A stretch of DNA of 64,000 nt from Albidovulum sp. (GTDB lineage: Bacteria; Pseudomonadota; Alphaproteobacteria; Rhodobacterales; Rhodobacteraceae): NCBI GenBank assembly GCA_049646285.1, contig JBARVN010000065.1, forward strand, positions 40 through 64,039, in the 5' to 3' direction. This document shows positions 57,492 to 64,000 of the stretch, piece by piece. How positions within the stretch are numbered: the first letter of the stretch is position 1; every line of letters starts with the position of its first letter. The position numbers and the translations under genes are program-made. The notes under the pieces were generated by a model, which worked only from the letters and a program-made list of their open reading frames with translations, was not told the DNA's origin and made no database searches.

Positions 57492-58724
57492 CTAGAGGTT
57501 TGCAGCCTGAGGCGACTTGGGCCAAAGCTGCGCGGCGCCAAGGGCTGCCGCCATCGCCAGAAGCCCCAGCAAGGCTGAGGCAGCCGTCATACCCGCAATG
57601 GCGCCGAGCCACCCGGCCAAAGGATAGGTCAAAAGCCACGCCGCATGGCTCAGCGCAAAATGCGCGGCGAACAGCGCAGGCCGCTCGACGGGTCCGGCCG
57701 AACGGCGCAAGAGCCGCCCGGTCGGGGTCAAAATCGTCGAATAGGCCAGCCCCATCGCGGCCATCCAGACAAGGTAGGCGCCCCACACCGCTTCGCCAAA
57801 GACGGGTGCGAGGCCGAAAATCACCGCACCCAAAATCTGCATGACCCCAAGCCCGACGGCCCCTGACACCATGACGGGTCTGTCGGGCAGGTGATCGAGT
57901 ATCCTTGGCAAGGCAAACGCCGCGACCATCGATCCCGCGCCAAACGCAGCCATCGCCAGCGCCACGTCGGTTTTGGTCTGCCCGAACAGCCCGTTGACGA
58001 TCACGGCGGTGTTGACGATCACCATCGCACCTCCGGCCGAGGCCGCGAGATGCAGAGCCAGAAGTCCGCGCAGGCGTGGCGTGCCAAGCATCATTGTGAT
58101 GCCAGCAAAGGTTCTGGTCCACGTGCTGGCTTCGGGCCGCTTGGCAGGGCGCGGCGGATTGGCCCAGACGACAAGGGCCGCCGAACCAAGAAACCCCAAG
58201 GCTGTTCCCACGAACAGCCCACCAAGCGGGACAATGGTCAATAGCAGGGCCGCGAGGATGGGGCTGGCCATGGTTTCAAGATCCATTGCCAGCCGCGATA
58301 GCGACAGTGCGCGGGTGTAATTTTCTTCATCCGGCAAAATTTCGGGGATAGTTGCCTGGAAGGTGGGTGTGAAGGCAGCCGAAGCGGATTGCAGCACAAA
58401 GACCAGCGCATATATCTGCCAGACCTCGGTGACGAAAGGCAGGCATAGCGCCAAAGCCGCTCGGATCAGGTCAAGCGTGACCAGCAATCCGCGCCTGGGC
58501 AGCCCGCCCAAAACCGCGTTTGCGATCGGTGCAATCGCGACATAGGCCACCATTTTCAATGTCAGCGCAAAGCCCAGTACCAAACCGCCTTGCAGCCCCG
58601 CCAGATCGTAGGCCAGCAACGCAAGTGCCATCGTCAATAGGCCGGTTCCAAGAAGGGCCGTCACCTGCGCCCCAAAAAGCCGGGCAAAGACGCGGTTCGA
58701 CAGTGGGGCAAGCAGGCTGGCCAT
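57492..58724 (-). CDS. MFS transporter
   Basis: 410 aa, about 12 TM helices. MFS loop motif (LGGLPRRG). Confidence 0.85.
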   Translation of the reverse strand: MASLLAPLSNRVFARLFGAQVTALLGTGLLTMALALLAYDLAGLQGGLVLGFALTLKMVAYVAIAPIANAVLGGLPRRGLLVTLDLIRAALALCLPFVTEVWQIYALVFVLQSASAAFTPTFQATIPEILPDEENYTRALSLSRLAMDLETMASPILAALLLTIVPLGGLFVGTALGFLGSAALVVWANPPRPAKRPEASTWTRTFAGITMMLGTPRLRGLLALHLAASAGGAMVIVNTAVIVNGLFGQTKTDVALAMAAFGAGSMVAAFALPRILDHLPDRPVMVSGAVGLGVMQILGAVIFGLAPVFGEAVWGAYLVWMAAMGLAYSTILTPTGRLLRRSAGPVERPALFAAHFALSHAAWLLTYPLAGWLGAIAGMTAASALLGLLAMAAALGAAQLWPKSPQAANL

Positions 58725-58727
58725 CTT

Positions 58728-59351
58728 TTATGCCCGTCTGAGGGCCGCCGTCAGCACCCCCATCCCGATCAAGGCCGCGCCAGCCGCGCGGTTCACCCAG
58801 AGATGCACGGACGGTCGCGCGATCCGCGCCCGCATCCGATCGGCCATCACGGCGTAGGCAAGCGTATTCAACGCGGCAAGGCTGACGAAGGTGGCGACCA
58901 GAATGGCGAATTGCGGGCCAAGTGGGACAGTTGGTTGTACGAACTGCGGCACGAAAGCGATGAAGAACGCAATTGATTTGGGGTTGAGCGCCGTCACAGC
59001 CGCCGCGTGGCAAAAGACAGCCCTGGCGGATGTATCCGAAGAAACGGCCTGCTCGCAAAGTGGCGCAGGCGTGCTACGCAGCATCTTCAACCCCAGCCAG
59101 ACAAGATATGCCGCGCCGGCCCACTTCAACGCAGTAAACAACGCGGCCGACGCCAGTACCAACGCGCCAAGCCCCGCCAAAGACGCACTCATGGCAAGGA
59201 AGTCCCCCAAGGCAACACCTGCAGCCGTCGCCAGCGCCACACGTCGCCCTTGGGTCAGCGCGTAGCTGAGAACAAGCAATACGGTCGGGCCCGGGATCAG
59301 CAAGAGCGCGGTCGAGGCGGCAACAAAGGTTAGCCATAGATCAAGCGACAT
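58728..59351 (-). CDS. LysE family amino-acid exporter
   Basis: MSLDLWLTFVAASTALLLIPGPTVLLV is the LysE/RhtB N-terminal signature. Start set at ATG 59351. Confidence 0.85.
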   Translation of the reverse strand: MSLDLWLTFVAASTALLLIPGPTVLLVLSYALTQGRRVALATAAGVALGDFLAMSASLAGLGALVLASAALFTALKWAGAAYLVWLGLKMLRSTPAPLCEQAVSSDTSARAVFCHAAAVTALNPKSIAFFIAFVPQFVQPTVPLGPQFAILVATFVSLAALNTLAYAVMADRMRARIARPSVHLWVNRAAGAALIGMGVLTAALRRA

Positions 59352-59512
59352 GAGGTGGCTCCGGTCAGAATGTGCTGAGGCCAAGCCAGCCATGCTCTGG
59401 CGGCACTGTCAATGCACTGACACGCATCGCGGTTGCCTGATCGCCGGTCTGGACAGGTTATTGCGGCCCGGACCCTCAGGGGAACATGAACGCTGACGCC
59501 AGAACTGCTTTA

Positions 59513-59881
59513 TCAGAGCAACCCTTGGGCCGCGATCATGATCACGCCCATCGCGACAATGTAGCTTCCGTCGATAAGAGCGGCGGACAGGCTTTTCTGG
59601 CTAAAAAGGCCGCCCGCGAAATGCAAAAATGTGGCGGCGGCAATGGCGGCGAGTGCTGTGCCAAGCGCACTGGTTTGCGCCGTCAGGCCGATCACAATCG
59701 CCAGCATGAACGTGCCTGCGAGCTGGACTGCCATGGCGGCCAAGGGTGGGCGCGCGGGGGGCTGAATGCCGTGACTGCCCTGTGCCCATGCCTTGCCAAA
59801 CAGTGGCCCGAACCAAAGCATGCCAAGGCCGAAGGCAACGACGGTGCCGGCGGCTACTGCTGTCCAATTCAAAGGTTCCAT
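59513..59881 (-). CDS. DUF1761 domain-containing membrane protein
   Basis: MEPLNWTAVAAGTVVAFGLGMLWFGPLFGKAW is a DUF1761-type N-terminus. Start set at ATG 59881, 1 nt after the DUF899 stop. Confidence 0.7.
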   Translation of the reverse strand: MEPLNWTAVAAGTVVAFGLGMLWFGPLFGKAWAQGSHGIQPPARPPLAAMAVQLAGTFMLAIVIGLTAQTSALGTALAAIAAATFLHFAGGLFSQKSLSAALIDGSYIVAMGVIMIAAQGLL

Positions 59882-59882
59882 C

Positions 59883-60602
59883 TCAGTTTCCCTTGTTTGG
59901 GATGTTGTCATATTGATCGTGCCGACGCACCCATTGCTGTGGCCAGTCAAGCTTGGCCTCGTCCCGGCCCTTCGGCGTCAGATCCAGTATGTGATACGCG
60001 CCATTGATTGCCTCCAAACCGCGCCCATAGGTCGAATAGGCGTGTAGGATCTGGCCATCTGACCTGCGCTCAAATGTGCTTATTCCCGGCGCTTCAGGTC
60101 CGTTAAAACCGCCCGTTTTATAGTTGTAAGTATTTGATTTTGCTAACAGTTCATCTTTCCCGAAGCTGACATTAAAATCTTCATTGAAATCCGTTTCAGC
60201 CGCCGACACCCATTGAAACCGCCACCCCATTCGGGCGCGGAATGCAGCAAGTTTGGCGTAGGGGGCTTTGGACACGCATGCGAAACCCGTGTCGCGGGCG
60301 GCCAGATGTGCATCTAGTCCGTCAAAGTTATCAGCCCAGAAGGAACAGCTTGAGCAGCCTTCTTCCCAATCGACACCAAACATAAAGTGGTAGACGACAA
60401 GCTGAGAATGCGGGCCAAAGAGATCATCCAATCCCAGATGGCCTTCGGCCCCGGTGAACTGGTAGGCCTTGTCCAATTTTAACCGAGGTAACGCACGACG
60501 ACGTTTTGCCAATGCGTCACCCGCCCGCATATGGGCTTTTTCCGATTTCAGCAGCTCTAGCCGGGCTGCCATCCATTGTTCTTTGTCGTCAAACTCGCTC
60601 AT
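59883..60602 (-). CDS. DUF899 family thioredoxin-like protein
   Basis: MSEFDDKEQWMAARLELLKSEKAHMRAGDALAKRRRALP...YHFMFG...GCSSCSFWADNFDG carries a CxxC motif. ATGA overlap with the upstream SRPBCC gene. Confidence 0.8.
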   Translation of the reverse strand: MSEFDDKEQWMAARLELLKSEKAHMRAGDALAKRRRALPRLKLDKAYQFTGAEGHLGLDDLFGPHSQLVVYHFMFGVDWEEGCSSCSFWADNFDGLDAHLAARDTGFACVSKAPYAKLAAFRARMGWRFQWVSAAETDFNEDFNVSFGKDELLAKSNTYNYKTGGFNGPEAPGISTFERRSDGQILHAYSTYGRGLEAINGAYHILDLTPKGRDEAKLDWPQQWVRRHDQYDNIPNKGN

Positions 60603-61036
60603 GACTGCACTTGTTCGGAACAAAGCGTCTTGAGCGCATCCAGAATTCCGCCCCAACCTTTTTCATGATTGCCGCGCATTTCTTCGGATTGGAACTTCAC
60701 ATGGGTAAGCGTGATACGGGTGCCACCCGGTTCGGGGGCCAGTGTCACGGTCACCGTTGATCCTTCGGTTGAGAAGGGGGATTCCCAGGTAAACACAATC
60801 CGCGCATGCGGGCGCAGTTCCAGATAGGTGCCCGAATGCGGGATTTCCTTGTCACCGGCAAGCATCGAGATGACAAAGCGCCCCCCTTCGCGAGGGTCGG
60901 TTTGCGCCACCGGTATCGTCACATTTTCTTCCGGGCGCATGAACTGCGACAGCATCGCCGGGTCCAGCCAGGCATCATAGATGCGCTTGGGGTCAGCCTT
61001 AATCAGGCGATCAATGGTCAGTGTCAGATCCGTCAT
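60599..61036 (-). CDS. SRPBCC (AHSA1 / activator of Hsp90 ATPase homolog-like) domain protein
   Basis: LTIDRLIKADPKRIYDAWLDPAMLSQFM...TWESPF...TLTH is the AHSA1/START-like pattern. Start set at ATG 61036, overlapping the arsR-type gene by 26 nt. Confidence 0.8.
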   Translation of the reverse strand: MTDLTLTIDRLIKADPKRIYDAWLDPAMLSQFMRPEENVTIPVAQTDPREGGRFVISMLAGDKEIPHSGTYLELRPHARIVFTWESPFSTEGSTVTVTLAPEPGGTRITLTHVKFQSEEMRGNHEKGWGGILDALKTLCSEQVQS

Positions 61037-61370
61037 CGTCGGTCTCCTTGGTAAGCAGCGTTTCAAGGGCGTCTAACCGCATGGCCCAGATGGAGCGCAG
61101 GCCTGAAAACCAGCGGTCAATTTCATTCAGCGGTTCCATCCGAACCTCGATCAGATGTTCGCGCCAGGCGGTGCGGCGGCTGACAAGGCCCGCGCTTTCC
61201 AGAACCTTGATGTGTTTCGAAACGGCATTCAGGCTCATCTCGAACCGCGCCGCAATTTCGGTGACACGTGTGGGTCCGTTTTGCGCGAGCAGCGTCAAAA
61301 CGGCCCGCCGGGTCGGGTCGGCGGCGGCTTTCAGGATTTCAGTCAGCTGTTGCGATTCTTGTTCAACCAT
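61011..61370 (-). CDS. ArsR/SmtB family transcriptional regulator
   Basis: LKAAADPTRRAVLTLLAQNGPTRVTEIAARFEMSLNAVSKHIKVLESAGLV is a wHTH of the ArsR family. Confidence 0.9.
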   Translation of the reverse strand: MVEQESQQLTEILKAAADPTRRAVLTLLAQNGPTRVTEIAARFEMSLNAVSKHIKVLESAGLVSRRTAWREHLIEVRMEPLNEIDRWFSGLRSIWAMRLDALETLLTKETDDDGSDTDH

Positions 61371-61460
61371 ATGGATGAATAAGGTGCTTTGCTGCGTCAG
61401 TCAACCAAATGGATGAATTACGGGATGAGCCATGCTCCCGGAAATGTCGGGCGATATGTT

Positions 61461-62243
61461 TTACGTCAGCGCAGCAAAAAGCCTGTTCAAGGACGCGGCC
61501 TCTATCGACGTGCCGTAGGGGGCGTTGACGATATACATGCCGGACCCGATCATCCCATGCCCCGAGCGGGCAGGGGGAAAGCGGATTTCATGTCTTATGG
61601 TTTTGGGCAGGTCTTGCGCCTCTAGCGCGCCCAGCATCTCATGATGTGCGCCGCTTTTCAGAATCGGATACCAAAGGGCGATGATCCCGACATTCCATTT
61701 GCGGTTAATCTGGCCAATCAACTGCGGCAAATGCTCATAATCTGTCTTCACTTCGTAACTCGGATCAATCAGCATCAGACCGCGCCGAGGCTCTGGCGGC
61801 GTAAGGGCCAGTGCAAGCTGCCACCCGTCTTGTTTGCGGCAATGGGCGGCGTAGTCGATCATGACATCGTTAAGCGCCTCGAATTCCTGAGGATGCAGTT
61901 CGGCCAGATCGATCCGATCGCCCGGCCGCAAGGAAAGCGCGGCCACCAGCGGTGATCCGGGATAGGCCTCTGCCCCATAGCGGTCGCGCACTTCGGCCAG
62001 GATTTTCGTATAGGGATGATCTGGGGATAAAAGAGGCGACAGCCTGCCAATCCCAGCCGCGGCTTCACCGGTTTTCGCGGCCACGTCAGCATCAAGCGCG
62101 TAAAGGCCCCGCCCTGCATGGGTTTCCAGATAGCTGAGCGGTTTGTCCTTTTGCGTCAGATAGGCCAGCATTGCCGCCAAAAGCGCGTGTTTATGGACAT
62201 CGGCAAGATTTCCGGCGTGATAGCCGTGCTGGTAGGACAGCAT
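61461..62243 (-). CDS. rlmJ: 23S rRNA (adenine2030-N6)-methyltransferase
   Basis: MLSYQHGYHAGNLADVHKHALL...YLETHAGRGLY and IDPSYE are RlmJ motifs. AAGGAG RBS. Confidence 0.9.
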   Translation of the reverse strand: MLSYQHGYHAGNLADVHKHALLAAMLAYLTQKDKPLSYLETHAGRGLYALDADVAAKTGEAAAGIGRLSPLLSPDHPYTKILAEVRDRYGAEAYPGSPLVAALSLRPGDRIDLAELHPQEFEALNDVMIDYAAHCRKQDGWQLALALTPPEPRRGLMLIDPSYEVKTDYEHLPQLIGQINRKWNVGIIALWYPILKSGAHHEMLGALEAQDLPKTIRHEIRFPPARSGHGMIGSGMYIVNAPYGTSIEAASLNRLFAALT

Positions 62244-62290
62244 GTAAAGGCTCCTTTACGGTGGCGATTTCAAACTGCCTGACGGAAACG

Positions 62291-62319
62291 AAAAAACCCT
62301 CCCTTGCGAGGGAGGGTTT
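62291..62319 (-). terminator. rho-independent terminator downstream of infC
   Basis: Perfect 8-bp stem ccctccct/agggaggg with a 4-nt loop, followed on the minus strand by a T6 run (A6 at 62291-62296 on the plus strand). Confidence 0.75.
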
Positions 62320-62338
62320 CTGTCTACAGCGCAACAAT

Positions 62339-62878
62339 TTACTTCGGGCCGATCATCATCACCATTTGCCGGCCTTCCAGCCGTGGCATGTTCTCGACCT
62401 TGCCAATTTCTTCCACATCGGCTGCGACGCGGTGAAGCAGTTCAAGCCCCAGCTGCTGGTGGGCCATTTCGCGGCCTCTAAAGCGCAAGGTGACCTTTAC
62501 CTTGTCACCACCTTCAAGGAATTTCACAACCGACCGCATCTTGACGTCGTAGTCATGAATGTCGGTGCCCGGTCGAAATTTGATTTCCTTGATTTCGATG
62601 ATGTGCTGTTTCTTGCGTGCCTCGGCTTCTTTCTTTTGCTGTTCGTATTTGAATTTGCCGAAATCCATGATCTTGCAGACAGGCGGTTCCGCGTTAGGCG
62701 AAATCTCAACAAGGTCGAGCCCGACTTCCTCGGCCATCTGCATGGCGCGGGCGGGCGTGACGACGCCAACGTTTTCCCCTTCCGCGCCGATAAGGCGAAT
62801 CTCGGGGGAACGGATACGGTCGTTAATACGGGGGCCGGTATCACGTTGTGGCGGGGCGTTATGCGGTCTGCGAGCTAT
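62339..62878 (-). CDS. infC: translation initiation factor IF-3, non-canonical ATA start
   Basis: Conserved IF-3 sequence from (I)[30 protein letters not shown] to the end. AGGAG lies 7 nt upstream of ATA 62878. There is no ATG or GTG between that site and the conserved N-domain. The ORF-track TTG at 62947 adds an unconserved 23-aa extension. Confidence 0.88.
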   Translation of the reverse strand: MARRPHNAPPQRDTGPRINDRIRSPEIRLIGAEGENVGVVTPARAMQMAEEVGLDLVEISPNAEPPVCKIMDFGKFKYEQQKKEAEARKKQHIIEIKEIKFRPGTDIHDYDVKMRSVVKFLEGGDKVKVTLRFRGREMAHQQLGLELLHRVAADVEEIGKVENMPRLEGRQMVMMIGPK

Positions 62879-63050
62879 GGTGGCACTCCTTCTGTTGTTG
62901 CCAGGTCTGTTGGCGCGCAAGGTAGTCGCCCAAGTGGGCTGATTCAAGCCGGATTCGGCATTGGCGGCATCGCTGAGCTTTCCAATTCTCTATGTTTCTG
63001 TCATAGCGGCGCCGTTATTTCAGTTTGCCTGCATCATGAGGAAATAGAGT

Positions 63051-63611
63051 ATGAACAAGAATCTGCTGATCGCAGCCCTTCTCGCCGTTTTGGCCGGTGG
63101 TGGATATTGGTATTATTCGTCGGCACAGCAAGCCGCGGAAACGGCCGCGATGGCCGAAAAAGCCGCCGCTGAACAAGCCGCCGCAGAGGCCGCTGCCGCA
63201 GCTGCAAAGGCTGAAGAGGAAGCCGCCATGAAGGCCGCTGAAGAAGCCAAAGCCGCAGAAGAAGCTGCTGCCACGGCTGCCCAGGACGCATTGAAAGCAG
63301 CAGAAGAAGCTGCAATGAAAGCTGCCGAAGAAGCGGCTGCTGCCGGTGCTACGGCAACCGAAGCTGCAGGGGCAGCGGTTGAAGCTGCAACCGAAGCTGT
63401 CACAGGGGCTGCTGACACCGCCTCCGAAGCCGTTGCCGATATCTTTGACCCGGCAACCTATGATCCGGATGCGGTTAATGCAGCGATTGACGGCTCAAGC
63501 TTGGATGACGCCACGAAAACGACCTTGAAAACCGTTGTGGACGCCGCCAAGGACAGCCCGGAACTGCTGGGGGCCGCCTTGCGCCAAGTCAAAGGCGCGC
63601 TTGGTCTCTGA
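63051..63611 (+). CDS. N-terminally anchored Ala/Glu/Lys-rich repeat protein (186 aa)
   Basis: TM/signal anchor MNKNLLIAALLAVLAGGGYWYY, then about 110 aa of A/E/K low complexity with the internal duplication AAMKAAEEA, then a non-repetitive C-terminal 55 aa. A terminator follows. Confidence 0.6.
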   Translation: MNKNLLIAALLAVLAGGGYWYYSSAQQAAETAAMAEKAAAEQAAAEAAAAAAKAEEEAAMKAAEEAKAAEEAAATAAQDALKAAEEAAMKAAEEAAAAGATATEAAGAAVEAATEAVTGAADTASEAVADIFDPATYDPDAVNAAIDGSSLDDATKTTLKTVVDAAKDSPELLGAALRQVKGALGL

Positions 63612-63631
63612 TCGCAAGACGCACGGATTGG

Positions 63632-63668
63632 AAAGGCCGCCCGGTAATCCCGCGCGGCCTTTTCTTTT
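63632..63668 (+). terminator. rho-independent terminator candidate
   Basis: Stem aaaggccgc (63632-63640) pairs with gcggccttt (63654-63662), followed by tcttttg. Confidence 0.55.
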
Positions 63669-63741
63669 GCCTGTGTCGTGAAACCGCGTTAGTCCGTTAG
63701 GCGGACGGAGCGGCCCTTCGCTGAAAGCGCCTCAATGGCGG

Positions 63742-63999
63742 CTATCGCGGTTCAGGTCTGTCAAGAACGGTCGAAGACGCGTCACTGTTATCGGCGAAAA
63801 CACATGCTAATAATTCGGTCGTGGCCTCTTCGAGTGTAGGCAGTTTCGCAAAATCACTCTTGGCTTTTTCTGCGGCCAGCTTTCTCTCAGGGTCATTTAG
63901 AACCCCTAAGATTGTCGAACCAAGCACTCCGATGTCTTGATCTTCTCCCGATATGCTCAGACCTGCTGCTGCCAAGCATCGGGCGTTGTCGGGTTGATC
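63742..63999 (-). CDS. C-terminal fragment of a probable GT1/MGT-type glycosyltransferase (5' end outside the window)
   Basis: The reading frame stays open to the window edge. The translated edge DQPDNARCLAAAGLSI resembles the conserved (G)DQxxNA...G motif of UDP-glycosyltransferases. Weak, fragment only. Confidence 0.4.
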   Translation of the reverse strand, partial: DQPDNARCLAAAGLSISGEDQDIGVLGSTILGVLNDPERKLAAEKAKSDFAKLPTLEEATTELLACVFADNSDASSTVLDRPEPR

Positions 64000-64000
64000 G

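Noticed and set aside
63034-63418. Periodic GC-rich repeats and Ala-rich or Leu/Gln/Arg-rich minus-strand ORFs (63034-63315, 63113-63418). These were checked as a possible CRISPR-like or tandem non-coding array.
   Set aside because: The periodicity is codon-level (gaa/gcc/gct/gca units) within one continuous plus-strand ORF that has an anchor, an RBS context and a terminator. There is no repeat-spacer architecture.

Overview
This is a GC-rich (about 60%) chromosomal window that looks like a Rhodobacterales (Roseobacter/Paracoccus-type) alphaproteobacterium. It is almost entirely core housekeeping DNA.

**Gene content, left to right:**
- The distal two-thirds of the complex I operon (nuoF 3' end to nuoN), interrupted by nine non-nuo ORFs and one nested palindromic element.
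- birA-coaX-RNase J.
- A DEAD-box helicase.
- A VPLPA-CTERM secreted protein.
- A GT25 glycosyltransferase and prfC.
- A Hint/bacterial-intein-like protein.
- A LysR/cupin/SDR/orphan ABC-ATPase group.
- A YafY (WYL) regulator.
- tatABC plus a coupled DUF815 ATPase.
- A Rhodobacter-type polyol operon: LacI-smoEFGK-smoS-mtlK plus a P-loop kinase.
- nlpD-pcm-surE.
- purF-cvpA-radA.
- An MCE-less mlaEF cluster with a PqiA-like protein.
- alr-dnaB and pyrE/pyrC.
- A small envelope/glycosyltransferase group.
- MFS and LysE exporters.
- An ArsR-SRPBCC-DUF899-DUF1761 operon.
- rlmJ, infC (non-canonical ATA start), and an Ala/Glu-rich anchored protein.

**Not found:** I could not support any tRNA, rRNA, CRISPR array, transposase, integrase, prophage or recognisable defence island.

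**Candidates for an undescribed system:** none is a clear-cut novel system. All rest on translated-sequence recognition and gene order, and all need database and experimental confirmation. The best ones are:
1. The accessory cassettes wired by translational coupling into the nuo operon (sORF-DUF3291-MAPEG-DUF3291-sORF, and a Cys-less CMD pair), together with a shared 14-nt -AAE-TAG junction motif.
2. The ArsR-SRPBCC-DUF899-DUF1761 operon.
3. DUF815 coupled to tatC.
4. mlaEF with a half-size PqiA but no MCE protein.

Many long ORFs in the supplied track are antisense artefacts of GC-rich coding DNA and were rejected.
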